Source: Candidatus Micrarchaeota archaeon
GTDB lineage: Archaea; Micrarchaeota; Micrarchaeia; Micrarchaeales; CABMGC01
DNA length: 64,000 nt
Assembly (NCBI GenBank): GCA_021850805.1
Contig: JAJZKO010000004.1
Location: 8,336-72,335, forward strand
Reading direction: 5' to 3'
The first letter of the stretch is position 1. Every line of letters begins with the position of its first letter. Shown in pieces: positions 48,189-59,085 of the stretch. Below the pieces are notes generated by a model that made no database searches, was not told the origin of the DNA, and saw nothing but the letters and a program-made list of their open reading frames with translations. Both the position numbers and the translations under genes were made by a program.

Positions 48189-48431
48189 ATGGAAGAAAAC
48201 AACTGTGATTTGGCAGTGGGCAGTATGTACGATGTGAAAGTATCAGTGCGCGATCCCAAGGGAGAAGGGATATGCCGCATAAGGGATACTGTGGTATTCG
48301 TCAAGAATACCAGAGTAAGACTCGGGAAGACCTACAAGGTTAAGATAACAAAGTCTTTCAAGTCGTTCGCATACGCTGAGCTGGTTGAAAATAGCAAGTA
48401 TTTTATAGGTAACGGTAGCCTAATAATATAA
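48189..48431 (+). CDS. Single TRAM-domain protein
   Basis: VG..YDV.V....KGEGI.R....VFV....G....VKI......FAYAE. Confidence 0.85.
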   Translation: MEENNCDLAVGSMYDVKVSVRDPKGEGICRIRDTVVFVKNTRVRLGKTYKVKITKSFKSFAYAELVENSKYFIGNGSLII

Positions 48432-48485
48432 CTATATACAATTATTTTATTCTTTTTTTATTATTCTTATTTACGGTGTCTTATT

Positions 48486-49118
48486 ATGAACAAAGAGTTT
48501 TACGAGAAAATAAAGTCAGGTACAACGACAATAGGCATAATATGCAAGGACGGCGTCGTGATGGCTGCCGACGCAAGGGCTACAATGGACACGTTCATAT
48601 CAAGCTCTGAAGCCGTCAAGGTCTACTGCCTTAACGACAACCTTGGGATGACAATCGCTGGAGGCGTGGGAGACGCAGAATATCTCGTGAAACTGATAAA
48701 AATGCAGAATGAACTCTACAGGATGAGCGAGAACAAGCAGCTCAGCCCTACATCTGCAACATCAATACTTTCTCTTATACTTCAAGAGAACAAAATGATG
48801 CCGTTCATGGTGCAGCTGCTTCTGGGCGGCCTTAACAATGGGAAGCCCGAGCTCTACAACATAGATCCGGTAGGCGGAAGCACAAAGGAATCAAGGTTCA
48901 CATCAACGGGCAGCGGCTCCCTTACGGCTCTAGGTTATCTCGAGGGGATATATGACCCTTCAATGGAGGTCCAGGAGGCGGCCAAACACGCAGCTTACTG
49001 CCTGAGAATAGCCATGAAGAGAGATTCTGCTACAGGGGACGGGACAAAGATAGTCTCAATAACAAAGAAGGGCTTCAAGGAATACACCAAGGAAGAGATA
49101 GAAAAACTGCTTAAATAA
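48486..49118 (+). CDS. psmB: Proteasome beta subunit
   Basis: SG|TTTIG propeptide cleavage site, TGSGS, RDSATG. Confidence 0.95.
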   Translation: MNKEFYEKIKSGTTTIGIICKDGVVMAADARATMDTFISSSEAVKVYCLNDNLGMTIAGGVGDAEYLVKLIKMQNELYRMSENKQLSPTSATSILSLILQENKMMPFMVQLLLGGLNNGKPELYNIDPVGGSTKESRFTSTGSGSLTALGYLEGIYDPSMEVQEAAKHAAYCLRIAMKRDSATGDGTKIVSITKKGFKEYTKEEIEKLLK

Positions 49119-49162
49119 ACGTACATTCTTAAAACGACGAATTTTTTCGTTACTGTGATTGT

Positions 49163-51100
49163 GTGGGCGACGAACAGGAAAACAAGGCTATGCTTGACAA
49201 GATAAAGGAACTTATACCAAAAGAAGCCGAAGTCTCAAAGGTAGAGTTCGAAGGTCCTGACATAGCCGTATATGCTAAAAACATACAGTTTATCTACAGC
49301 GACGAGCATGTAATAAAGAATATATCAGCATCAATAAAGAAAAGGCTGATAGTGCGCTCTGTGGCATCGGAACTTATGGATCCCGAGGCCGCAATAGCAA
49401 AGATAACCGAGATAGTGCCAAAAGAAGCCGGGATAAGAGAAGGTGGCATAAGGTTCTCACCAGACTTCGGCGAAGTATATATCGAGGCACTGAAGCCGGG
49501 CCTTGTGATAGGAAAGGGCGGGTCAACCCTCATGCAGATAGTCAGGGAGACAAGGTGGATACCAAAAGTCCTCAGGATACCAACAATGAACAGTGATACC
49601 ATAAGCGGAATCCGTCAGCTGCTTTTCAAGGAGAGTGAATTCAGGAAAAATTTCCTGAAGAGCATCGGCAAGAAGATCAATTCCATACCACTTAAAAGCG
49701 AGTGGGTAAAGGCAACAGCACTCGGCGGATTTAAGGAAGTGGGTAGGAGCTGCCTTCTTATAGAGACAAAAAACTCAAAAGTAATAATAGACTGCGGGAT
49801 AAGCCCAGAGCCCGGAATAAAAGGCGCAGCTGCAAATACCGACGAGAACAAAGCATTCCCATATCTTGACAGCACAAACATAACGATAAACGAGATAGAT
49901 GCGGTTATACTGACGCACGCCCATATGGACCACATGGGATTTGTTCCATACCTTTTCAAGTTCGGATATTCCGGACCTGTCTACTGCACGCCGCCTACAA
50001 GGGATCTGGCTGCATTGCTTTTATACGACTACACACGCCTCGTAATGAAAAGCGGCGGCAGCCCGTTGTACGGGGAGAAAGACATACGCACAATGCTTAC
50101 CCACGTTATAACAAGGGATTATGGCGAAGTTACCAATGTTACTGACGAGATAAAACTCACATTCCATAACGCGGGGCACATCCTCGGAAGTTCGACGGTG
50201 CACCTTCACATAGGCGAAGGATTATACAATATAGTATCCACGGGCGATATGAAGTATGGATTCACCAGACTGCTGAATGAGGCAGAGACAAGATATCCAC
50301 GTGTAGATGCACTCTTCATAGAGAGCACCTATGGGGGTCCGCGCGATATAACCGTAAACAGGAAGCAGGCCGAGCTGGACCTGATAACCGCAATAAAGTC
50401 CGTTACCGACAATGGCGGAAAGGTGCTCATACCCCTCTTCGCCGTAGGAAGAAGTCAGGAGATACTCCTGGTTCTGGAAACCTACCTATCAAATAACCCG
50501 CAGTACAAAATAAACGCTCCAATATTCCTGGACGGCATGATACTCGAGGCAAGCGCTATACATACTGCATATCCCGAATATCTGAAGCAGACATTGCAGC
50601 AGCGCATACTATCAAACAACTCCCCATTCGAGAGCGAACTCTTCGAAGTCGCAAAGGGAGAACGGAGCGATATAATAGAAAAAGGGCCTGCGGTAATACT
50701 GGCAAGCGGAGGGATGCTTAATGGCGGTGCAAGCCTTGAGTATTTCAAGGCCCTGGCCAATGATGAGAAGAACATGGTCATATTTGTCGGATACAACAGC
50801 GTAAACTCCCTTGGGAGGAGGGTCCAGAACGGGATAAACGAGATGGTGCTCCCAGGCGAAGACGGAAAAATGGCACAGCTAAAGGTGAACATAAAGGCAA
50901 ATACTGTAGATGGGTTTTCAGGTCACAGCGACAGGAGGCAGATAATGGACTTTGTCAGCCATATAAAACCTTATGCTAGAAAGATATTCACCATGCACGG
51001 GGAGGAATCAAAGTGCGAAGATCTCGCCCGCACGCTTGGAAACATGATGCATGTAGATTCAAGGGCGCCTATGGATCTTGACACCATGCGCTTCGTATAG
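49163..51100 (+). CDS. fttA: aCPSF1/FttA KH-domain beta-CASP ribonuclease
   Basis: KH KPGLVIGKGG, LGGFKEVGRS, THAHMDH, GFSGHSD; follows psmB as in many archaea. Confidence 0.95.
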   Translation: MGDEQENKAMLDKIKELIPKEAEVSKVEFEGPDIAVYAKNIQFIYSDEHVIKNISASIKKRLIVRSVASELMDPEAAIAKITEIVPKEAGIREGGIRFSPDFGEVYIEALKPGLVIGKGGSTLMQIVRETRWIPKVLRIPTMNSDTISGIRQLLFKESEFRKNFLKSIGKKINSIPLKSEWVKATALGGFKEVGRSCLLIETKNSKVIIDCGISPEPGIKGAAANTDENKAFPYLDSTNITINEIDAVILTHAHMDHMGFVPYLFKFGYSGPVYCTPPTRDLAALLLYDYTRLVMKSGGSPLYGEKDIRTMLTHVITRDYGEVTNVTDEIKLTFHNAGHILGSSTVHLHIGEGLYNIVSTGDMKYGFTRLLNEAETRYPRVDALFIESTYGGPRDITVNRKQAELDLITAIKSVTDNGGKVLIPLFAVGRSQEILLVLETYLSNNPQYKINAPIFLDGMILEASAIHTAYPEYLKQTLQQRILSNNSPFESELFEVAKGERSDIIEKGPAVILASGGMLNGGASLEYFKALANDEKNMVIFVGYNSVNSLGRRVQNGINEMVLPGEDGKMAQLKVNIKANTVDGFSGHSDRRQIMDFVSHIKPYARKIFTMHGEESKCEDLARTLGNMMHVDSRAPMDLDTMRFV

Positions 51101-51120
51101 AACGACAAGCAGAGAAGCGG

Positions 51121-52221
51121 CTAGAAGACTTCAGGTCTTGGCCAATCTATATCCATCGGGTTTAGCTCCTCTTCCTCTATCTCTCTTCCTGCACTCATCC
51201 TGCTGAAAGTGAGCATTACTATCTCAACAAAGGCTATTACGCTCATCCCAAGCAGATAATATGTGCTGTCGTTAAGGTACTGGTAGCTTATTATTACTGC
51301 GCTTACCGCTGCTACTATCGCACCAAAGAAAAACCCTGCGTTCTTCTTACTGAGAATCGCAAAGCATGATACAATGCCAAGAACGAAGACAGCAAAATTG
51401 GCAAGCTCAAGATAATAGGCTTGGCTATTGGTTGCTATAAATATGGAAAACTGGCCTGCTAGAAGCTTATCGCCTACGAAGAATATCTGCCCTGGCGCGA
51501 AGTATGCCAGCACACCAGAATTTACAATAAATAAGATCGCAGCAATTATTGCAAAGGCACCGAGAGAGCTGCCCTTCGCTGCCTTCTTGTCTGTTGCCTG
51601 ATCAAGATCCTCTATGCAGTAAAAATTGCCATCATGCTCCATAAGATCCGCATAGCAGAAAGGTCTTGAGCAGTATTTGCATGTCGCATACGCCTGCCTC
51701 CAAGGATGGTTTACGCACGAGAGCCCATTTGCGGCTGCCATCTCGCTCTTCTCATTCTTGCTAACTTTCTTATTTGCCTTAGGCACATTGCCTTCCGCCT
51801 CTGGCTGAACCGATGCGCGTCCGCTCTCCTGGATCTTTATTACTGAATTAAAACTTTCTTCAGTCTCCTTTTTCTGCTCGGCGATAGCTTTCCTGGAAGG
51901 CGACATATCTACGGATCTTGGTTGCTGTATAGGTTCCGGGGCCTTCTTAGGTCTTGCAGCTGCCTGCTGGACAACTTCCTGCTTGGGAACCGGCTGCACC
52001 ATCCTCTGCGGCTCTGCCTTTGCCTCTTTTATCTCGGGTTGCACCTTCACCGCCTTTTCCTGCTGCAGTGCAGGTTCAGGCGCCTGCTTCTGTTGCGGCT
52101 GTACAGCCACCTGTTTAATAGGAGCAGCGGGCTGTTGCCTTTGAGCCTCCGCCTTCCTCCCGCTCTCCTTGCCCATGTTCCTTAGTTTAAATATTAAAAT
52201 ATCATCGTCAGGCGAGCCCAT
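51121..52221 (-). CDS. Hypothetical membrane protein: P/Q-rich N-terminus, B-box-like Zn finger, about 4 TM
   Basis: CVNHPWR.A...C.YC.RPFC..D.......YC. Confidence 0.75.
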   Translation of the reverse strand: MGSPDDDILIFKLRNMGKESGRKAEAQRQQPAAPIKQVAVQPQQKQAPEPALQQEKAVKVQPEIKEAKAEPQRMVQPVPKQEVVQQAAARPKKAPEPIQQPRSVDMSPSRKAIAEQKKETEESFNSVIKIQESGRASVQPEAEGNVPKANKKVSKNEKSEMAAANGLSCVNHPWRQAYATCKYCSRPFCYADLMEHDGNFYCIEDLDQATDKKAAKGSSLGAFAIIAAILFIVNSGVLAYFAPGQIFFVGDKLLAGQFSIFIATNSQAYYLELANFAVFVLGIVSCFAILSKKNAGFFFGAIVAAVSAVIISYQYLNDSTYYLLGMSVIAFVEIVMLTFSRMSAGREIEEEELNPMDIDWPRPEVF

Positions 52222-52234
52222 GCAAATTCACTAT

Positions 52235-52465
52235 TCAATATCTGCTTCCGAACCTGGCCGCCTGCGCCTTCTTGCGCTCGAATATGCCCTTATGCTTTGC
52301 GCAGCTTATGCAGTAGTAGACCTTCCTCCTTGACATGTACCGCGCGCCTTCCTCCTTCTGCTCCGCACCGAATCTTATGGATCTCTCGTCAGCTACGGCC
52401 TTGCTCCTGGGGGTCTTCCTCCCGCAATTGTCGCATGTTACTAAAGCTTCCTTACCTCTCAACAA
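52235..52465 (-). CDS. rps26e: 30S ribosomal protein eS26
   Basis: V.CDNCGR..PR.KA...YCISCA.H.GI; TTG start after GGTG. Confidence 0.85.
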   Translation of the reverse strand: MLRGKEALVTCDNCGRKTPRSKAVADERSIRFGAEQKEEGARYMSRRKVYYCISCAKHKGIFERKKAQAARFGSRY

Positions 52466-52555
52466 AACACCTGTAAATTATATTACACATCAGCTATATA
52501 AATTGTGGCTGCATAAATGAATCATAGTACCTTATACTCTCAAAGCGGCGGCAAT

Positions 52556-52873
52556 ATGGAAACAATAGCGTGCAGAAGAATCACAAGCGAGATACTCCCT
52601 GCAGTAAGGGCATCCATAGCAGAGGCAATGCACAAAAGATACTCATATAGCGAATCCGATATAGCCAAATCCCTTGGCATTGTGCAGGTTGCGGTGAGCA
52701 AGTACCTTAATTCAAACTATTCCGCAAAGACAAAAATGGTCAAGGATTACATAATAAAAAACAGGCTAAACGAAGACATACTCAGTTCAATAGTGAACAG
52801 AAAAAGCAAAGAGGATACAAACGCAATGATATATGCGCTCTGCATGACGCTGGCCTCTAAACTTGATTTTTAG
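52556..52873 (+). CDS. Predicted HTH transcriptional regulator (COG2522-like)
   Basis: ILPAVRA.IA......YSESDIAKSLGI.Q.AVSKYL. Confidence 0.8.
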   Translation: METIACRRITSEILPAVRASIAEAMHKRYSYSESDIAKSLGIVQVAVSKYLNSNYSAKTKMVKDYIIKNRLNEDILSSIVNRKSKEDTNAMIYALCMTLASKLDF

Positions 52874-52880
52874 TGATCTT

Positions 52881-54146
52881 ATGGCTGAAGAATTGAATCC
52901 TTTCAAGATATCACAAGAGCAACTGGACAAGGCTGCAGAGGTGATGGGCCTGGATAAGAATGCCCATACCATACTAAGGGAGCCAAAGCGGATAGCGACC
53001 CTAAATATACCTGTAAAGATGCGGGACGGAAGCACAAAGGTCTTCACCGGATTCAGGGTGCTCTACAACGATGCAAGAGGTCCTGGCAAGGGCGGCATAA
53101 GGTACCATCCAAGCGAGAGCATAGATACAGTAAAGGCGCTCTCAGCATGGATGACCTGGAAGACGTCTCTGGCAAACATACCTTATGGAGGAGCAAAGGG
53201 CGGGATAATATGCAATCCAAAAGAACTCAACGAATCGGAGCTTGAGAGCCTATCGCGCGGCTACATCCGCGCCCTTGGCAGGCTGATAGGCCCCAAGGTG
53301 GACATACCTGCGCCAGACGTATATACCAATCCACAGATAATGGCATGGATGATGGATGAGTATAGCAAGATTGTAGGATATGACGAATTCGGGGTCATAA
53401 CCGGCAAGCCGATAGAGGTATGGGGCTCCGAGGGCAGGTTCGATTCGACAGCCATGGGGGGCATGTATGTGATGCGCGAGGCGGCAAAGCGCATGAACAT
53501 GGACATAACGAAGGCAAAGATAGCGATACAGGGTTTCGGAAATGCAGGCAAGTTTGCCTTCGAGCTCGCTACAAAGCTCTTCAATTCCAAAGTGGTGGCG
53601 ATAAGCGACTCAAGCGGTGGAATATATTCGGAAGACGGGCTTGACTATGACCAGCTTGTAAAGCTCAAGGAGACAAAAGGCGAGATAAGTTCATATGAAA
53701 AGGCCGAGAAGATCACAAACCAGCAGCTCCTCGAGCTCGATGCCGATATACTCATACCAGCGGCAATAGAGAACCAGATTACCGCGGAAAATGCGGATAA
53801 GGTAAAGGCAAAGATGGTGCTGGAGCTTGCAAACGGGCCCGTGACGCCAGACGCAGACCAGATACTCTTCGAGAGAGGGATATTCGATGCGCCAGACTTC
53901 CTTGTCAATTCTGGTGGGGTTATAGTCTCTTACTTCGAATGGGTACAGAACCAGGAACATTATTACTGGGAGAGCGACGATGTGTATAAGCGCCTAGACA
54001 AGATAATAACAAAATCGTTTAATGATGTCATGAAGACAAAGGACGATTATGCTGCGAAAGGGAAGAAGATAAGCATGAGGACAGCGGCATATATCCTTGC
54101 GGTTAGCCGTGTAGCCCAGGCGATGAAGACGCGTGGATGGTACTGA
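52881..54146 (+). CDS. gdhA: Glutamate dehydrogenase
   Basis: GP.KGGIRYHP, GGAKGG, DIPAPDV, QGFGNAG, SYFEWVQN. Confidence 0.96.
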   Translation: MAEELNPFKISQEQLDKAAEVMGLDKNAHTILREPKRIATLNIPVKMRDGSTKVFTGFRVLYNDARGPGKGGIRYHPSESIDTVKALSAWMTWKTSLANIPYGGAKGGIICNPKELNESELESLSRGYIRALGRLIGPKVDIPAPDVYTNPQIMAWMMDEYSKIVGYDEFGVITGKPIEVWGSEGRFDSTAMGGMYVMREAAKRMNMDITKAKIAIQGFGNAGKFAFELATKLFNSKVVAISDSSGGIYSEDGLDYDQLVKLKETKGEISSYEKAEKITNQQLLELDADILIPAAIENQITAENADKVKAKMVLELANGPVTPDADQILFERGIFDAPDFLVNSGGVIVSYFEWVQNQEHYYWESDDVYKRLDKIITKSFNDVMKTKDDYAAKGKKISMRTAAYILAVSRVAQAMKTRGWY

Positions 54147-54149
54147 GAA

Positions 54150-54809
54150 TCAGCCCATCTGCGGTCGATCCCTCATCGCCCCAGAGAGCAAGCTATAATC
54201 CTTCTGCTTCATCTCTATCAATGTGGCTTCCAGGGATGATATCACTATCCTTCTGGAAAACGTCCTCATTATAGAATAGATGGCAGAGGCACTGTAAATT
54301 CCAGAGGACTGCACATTGTAATTGTTGCCCCTGTGTACATACTGCTTCCTTTCCGTGCACAATACGCTTAGTATCTTGTTCGAGATGTCCCTCTCCTGCT
54401 GGTTGCTCGAATTCTTTGCCGCACCATCAAACATCCTTATCACATTAATCATGTAAGCCGTGACAAATTGCTCGCTTTTCTTCCTGTCTGCTATGGTAGA
54501 TTCGCGCACTTTGACAAAAGCCTTGTTGTTGATTGTATCCTCAAGGAACATGCAATAATTGAAAAACTGCGAGCCATTTTTCTTCTGATTGTCCCTGTCA
54601 AGAGAGATGAATGGCAGGTAAGCACATGCGTATATATCCGCTATCGCGGAGCTTGACGGTGAATATTTGGCAGCAGCCTTCACATCCGAGGCAATCTTGC
54701 CTATCATGTACCCTATTTCCGGCTCATCCTTCCTTATGCCTTTTGCATACTGCGGGAGCTCACCGCTTCTTATCTGCGGGATCATCTTAGCGCCATAAGG
54801 CGATGGCAT
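54150..54809 (-). CDS. Hypothetical protein (downstream of MoxR)
   Basis: 219-aa ORF starting 4 nt after the MoxR stop. Confidence 0.7.
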   Translation of the reverse strand: MPSPYGAKMIPQIRSGELPQYAKGIRKDEPEIGYMIGKIASDVKAAAKYSPSSSAIADIYACAYLPFISLDRDNQKKNGSQFFNYCMFLEDTINNKAFVKVRESTIADRKKSEQFVTAYMINVIRMFDGAAKNSSNQQERDISNKILSVLCTERKQYVHRGNNYNVQSSGIYSASAIYSIMRTFSRRIVISSLEATLIEMKQKDYSLLSGAMRDRPQMG

Positions 54810-54813
54810 TCAA

Positions 54814-56430
54814 CTACCTGACAAGCCTTATTATATTCTTCTGGCTCTCTATAAGCTTCTCAGCCTCCTCAATAAGCCTGTTTGCCTTTGCTGCAAGTTT
54901 CTCCGCCGCCTCCTCAAGCTTTTTATTGCCGGATTCTGCCGCCTCTTTCACCTCGTCGCTATCCCTAAGCTCCGCTATTCTCGCAGCGACGGTCTTGAGT
55001 GCATCAGGCGAAGAGCTGTTAACCTCTATGCTTCTCTCAAGGTTCCTCAGTGCGCCATTGCCCTCGTTTATCTTTGCGAGGATGAGATCGCTATATCTTT
55101 CCTCAATCACGTTAAGGAGGTTCTGCGCGTTCTCGTTAATCTTCTCTGCCGCCTTTCTCACGCTTTCATTGCTGTGGTTTAGGCTTGTCCTTATTATCTC
55201 ACTCTCAACAGTCTGCAGCAGCCCGCCCTTGACCTGCTTTACACTCTCAAGGCTGGCCCGCTCTATGAATGTCGTAAAGTCCTCAAAGCTCATCCCATTG
55301 CTGAGGTTTCCTCCGAGATCCCTGAGCTGCGTAAGCCTGCCCATCGGGGTATCAAGCTCTTCGTAGAGCATTCCGGAAACGGTCTTGAAGTCATCTTTGT
55401 CGCTTGGCGCTATATACATGAACACAAGCAGGTCCTCTTCTATTGCCGTTGTCCTGCCATTCAGCAGCGCGTGCGCCGCAATCATCTTAGAGCTACGCGC
55501 CTTCCTCCTGTCAGTCATATGCATGCCCCTGTCTTCAAGCAGGGCGAAGAGTTTCATCTGCTTGTCTACCACATACGAAAGGTCAACTGTAGGAAGCATC
55601 TTGTATATCTCTCTTATCATCTCCTTCGTTATCACCGGCTGTACGTCCAGTGCATCACGCTGGAATTCGTTCTTCATGCCAGCCTCAAGAAGTTCTTTCC
55701 ACCGTACCTCAAGGACAGGCTCCGAGAATACCCTCATCATTATCCTGTCGTAGAAAGGCGCGACATCTATGTCATCAGGGACAAGGTTGGCTGCACCTAT
55801 AAAAGTAAGCAATGGTACTTTCAGGATGTTCTGCCCGTCATAGATCACCCTCTCATTGATAAGGGTATGGAGCGAATTAAGTATTGCAGAACTTCCGTTA
55901 AACACTTCGTCAAGGAAGGCGACTTCAGCTTCAGGCAGTTTGCCATTTGTCACTCTCTTGTATTCTCCAGCCTTCAGTGCCACTATATCAACAGGCCCTA
56001 CCAGCTCAGCAGGTTCCGTGTATCTTGTTATCTGGTACTTGAAAACCTCGGCTCCGATAAGCTTTGCTGCCCTTATTGCAAGCTGCGACTTCGCAGTTCC
56101 AGGCTCTCCTATCATGACTACGTGCTCCATTGTCATGAGCGCAAGCGTGATCGCTTCAGCTTCCATATCTTTTTCTACAAAAGGCTCCTTGAGCTTATCC
56201 GAGAATGTCCTTATAGCCTCCAAGGGAGACACATCGGTAGCTACGCTGGCCTTTTCCGAATTCTTGCCATTATTTGCCGCGTTAGAACGCTCCTCCCCAG
56301 CAACGCCATTGGCATCTCTCCTGACGCCATCAACATCTGCAGCCATAAGCTGCTGTTCACGAACAGAAATCCTGCTCATCTCAGGCACATCTGTCCCTGC
56401 CTTCCTCCTAAATTTTGGTAATACTACCAT
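54814..56430 (-). CDS. MoxR/RavA-like AAA+ ATPase with C-terminal coiled-coil extension
   Basis: GEPGTAKS, TEP.EL.GP, G.LPEA..AFLDEVF....AILN.L...INER, YDR, TDRR. Confidence 0.9.
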   Translation of the reverse strand: MVVLPKFRRKAGTDVPEMSRISVREQQLMAADVDGVRRDANGVAGEERSNAANNGKNSEKASVATDVSPLEAIRTFSDKLKEPFVEKDMEAEAITLALMTMEHVVMIGEPGTAKSQLAIRAAKLIGAEVFKYQITRYTEPAELVGPVDIVALKAGEYKRVTNGKLPEAEVAFLDEVFNGSSAILNSLHTLINERVIYDGQNILKVPLLTFIGAANLVPDDIDVAPFYDRIMMRVFSEPVLEVRWKELLEAGMKNEFQRDALDVQPVITKEMIREIYKMLPTVDLSYVVDKQMKLFALLEDRGMHMTDRRKARSSKMIAAHALLNGRTTAIEEDLLVFMYIAPSDKDDFKTVSGMLYEELDTPMGRLTQLRDLGGNLSNGMSFEDFTTFIERASLESVKQVKGGLLQTVESEIIRTSLNHSNESVRKAAEKINENAQNLLNVIEERYSDLILAKINEGNGALRNLERSIEVNSSSPDALKTVAARIAELRDSDEVKEAAESGNKKLEEAAEKLAAKANRLIEEAEKLIESQKNIIRLVR

Positions 56431-56620
56431 CTCCCCAACCTGATGAATGAAGAAAACCTGATAAGGTATTTAAAGATTTTCTGCAGTATTTTCAGAAATG
56501 CCGAATAAGGAAGTCATCGCGGCATAGATTTCAACGCGACGCAATATCCGCACCAAGGAATCCAACCAAAGTGCGAATTTGCAGATTAGTTTTAAATATA
56601 TTGGGAATGCGAAAGCAAAT

Positions 56621-57292
56621 ATGGAAAAAACTGTTGCAGGATTAAATGGCCAGCAGTCTACTGCGCCGCAGGCCCTTCATGGCCTCCAGCGTGACCCGGT
56701 CCCTTCGGTTAAGTCTGCCGCTGCTATAATATTTGAACTCCTTTCCAGTCCCGGTAATGACGGAAAAGGCCAAATGAATTTCGTGAAGATGACTGGAAGG
56801 GATGTTGCAGAGCCTGCAAACGTTACAATCCAGGATCTCGAACTTGCACTATCAAAGCGCAATGAACTTGGCTTCCATACTACTTATGCAGGTTCAGCAC
56901 AGGATCAGGCAAAAGAAATATTCGCAGCAACCGAACGCACGCTCGAAGACTGCCAATCTAAGCTGATGCAGAGGCTTATGACGACACTGGAGAAGAACTC
57001 GCACCTCCTGATCTCGGAGGTATACAATATACTGTCTTCGGACCAAATGATACTTGCTGATTTACGGAAGCTCATACATGACCCGGCAGAGCTTCTCAAG
57101 GAAGAGAACGTAGACCATCTTCTTGATTTCAAGAAGATATGGAAGGATATACTATCAGGGAATACGATGCTGAAGGTAGGAGTTTCTATCGAAGCTTATA
57201 CAATAAATGCATTTCCTGAGCTTAAGAAAATAAACGAGCAGCAGCACATCGGATATCCTATCGGTGGAATGCCGTTCCCATCCAGATACTGA
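56621..57292 (+). CDS. Hypothetical protein
   Basis: About 223-aa ORF filling the gap between MoxR and PolX, with TTTAAATA upstream. Confidence 0.65.
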   Translation: MEKTVAGLNGQQSTAPQALHGLQRDPVPSVKSAAAIIFELLSSPGNDGKGQMNFVKMTGRDVAEPANVTIQDLELALSKRNELGFHTTYAGSAQDQAKEIFAATERTLEDCQSKLMQRLMTTLEKNSHLLISEVYNILSSDQMILADLRKLIHDPAELLKEENVDHLLDFKKIWKDILSGNTMLKVGVSIEAYTINAFPELKKINEQQHIGYPIGGMPFPSRY

Positions 57293-57328
57293 AACCTGAT
57301 TCCACATAGGGCTGCGCAAATTGCAACA

Positions 57329-59053
57329 CTAGGAATCGAAGAAGCCGCGGAGCCTGCTTAAGCCATAGGTATTTATCACATCATCCTTCTGAAGCCATCC
57401 TCGCCTAGCCATTCCTATACCGTATCTCATCATGGAAAAATGCGATGTGCTGTGTGAATCAGTATCTATTGCAAATTTCACGCCGCTGCTGTGTGCCCTT
57501 ATTATGTTCTCATCGTTAAGGTCGAGCCTTTCAGGGAACGAATCTATCTCCATAGCAACGCCATTCTCCTCTGCTTTCGAGGCAATCTTATCTAAGTCAA
57601 ACTCTATCCCACGCCTTCCATTAATTATGCGTTCTGTAGGATGCCCGAGTATATCTATACGGCCGCTATCAAGCGCTTTAGATATCCTCTCAGTCATCGA
57701 TCCGGAATCCATCCCAAGGCTCGTATGGACGCTGCCAATCGCATAATCCAGCCTATCAAGGACTTTATTCCCCAGATCAAGGCCCCCATCCTTTAATATA
57801 TCAACCTCCGCACCCACCAGCACCCTTATGCCGTCAAACTTCTCTGCTAGAGCCTCAATGTAATCTATATGCTTCATGAACTTTGCATCATCCATCCCAT
57901 GAGCCACATACTCGCTTTTGCTATGGTCTGTTATTCCTACGTACTTAAGGCCCCTTGCTTTAGCCGCGTTTACCATCTCCTCTACGCTATTCATACCATC
58001 GCTGTGGTTGCTATGCACATGCAAATCACCAATGATCTCCTCAATGGTTATCAATTCAGGCAGCGCGTGCGCCGCAGCGGCCTCCAGCTCCCCTCTGTCC
58101 TCCCTAAGTTCCGGAGCTATATAATCCATTCCCAGAGCGCGATACATCTTCTCTTCGGTCTCAGCCGCCTTGACGGTGCCGTCCCTGTCGAATATACCAT
58201 ATTCATTAAGCTTCATCCCCTTCTTTATCGCTATCTGCCTCATCTTAACATTATGGCTCTTGCTTCCTGTGAAATACAGGAGCGCAGCACCAAACTGGCG
58301 CGCTTCTATAAACCTTATGTCACAACTTACTCCTGCCTTAAGCCAGAACGTGGCCTTTGCCTCTCCACGTGATATCGTGCTCTCCACTGCATCCATCCCT
58401 GAGACAAAATCCATTATTCTCTCCGATTCTTTTCCTGAGACAAGTATGTCTATATCGCCTATCGTCTCTTTCATCCTTCTTATTGAACCGGCTATAACTG
58501 CTTCAGATGCATATCCTGAATTAAGTATTGCATCCCTTAGCTTCTCCGCCTCAGGCAGCGCCACGCCGAGCAGTATCCTGCCTCTTGAAGCTTCGAGAAG
58601 GCCCAGCCCGTACTCTATCTCTTTTTCGCTCCTCTCCCCAAACCCCACGAGTTCCATTATTCTGTGCTCTTGCAATGCTTTCTTCAGGCTCTCGATATCC
58701 CTAATACCAAGTTCCTTATACAGCCTATATGCTTTTTTAGCGCCAATCCCCTGTATTCTGGTAAGGTTCTCGAAGTCGATTGGGTATTGCTTTTTCAGCT
58801 CTTCATACTTCCTCATTTTTCCCGTCTTAATATACTCCTCAATCTTCAGCGCAAGACCTTTTCCCACTCCCGGTATGTCAAGAAGCCCACTGATCCCACG
58901 TTCCTTATACAGAGTAGAAACGTCTTCCTGCATGCTCTCTATCGAGACGGCAGCCTTTCTGTAAGCCCGTACCTCAAATTTCCTCTTGTCGCCATCAAGT
59001 TCCAGGATATCTGCTATCTCATTGAACATGCGTGCAAGAAGGCCATTCTCCAT
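57329..59053 (-). CDS. polX: DNA polymerase X with PHP domain
   Basis: AYRKAA, HhH motifs, GS.RR.KET.GDIDIL, YFTGSK.HN, DLHVHS..SDG, TDSH. Confidence 0.95.
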   Translation of the reverse strand: MENGLLARMFNEIADILELDGDKRKFEVRAYRKAAVSIESMQEDVSTLYKERGISGLLDIPGVGKGLALKIEEYIKTGKMRKYEELKKQYPIDFENLTRIQGIGAKKAYRLYKELGIRDIESLKKALQEHRIMELVGFGERSEKEIEYGLGLLEASRGRILLGVALPEAEKLRDAILNSGYASEAVIAGSIRRMKETIGDIDILVSGKESERIMDFVSGMDAVESTISRGEAKATFWLKAGVSCDIRFIEARQFGAALLYFTGSKSHNVKMRQIAIKKGMKLNEYGIFDRDGTVKAAETEEKMYRALGMDYIAPELREDRGELEAAAAHALPELITIEEIIGDLHVHSNHSDGMNSVEEMVNAAKARGLKYVGITDHSKSEYVAHGMDDAKFMKHIDYIEALAEKFDGIRVLVGAEVDILKDGGLDLGNKVLDRLDYAIGSVHTSLGMDSGSMTERISKALDSGRIDILGHPTERIINGRRGIEFDLDKIASKAEENGVAMEIDSFPERLDLNDENIIRAHSSGVKFAIDTDSHSTSHFSMMRYGIGMARRGWLQKDDVINTYGLSRLRGFFDS

Positions 59054-59085
59054 AATACCCAATTGCACCTAAGTATATAAAGAAC

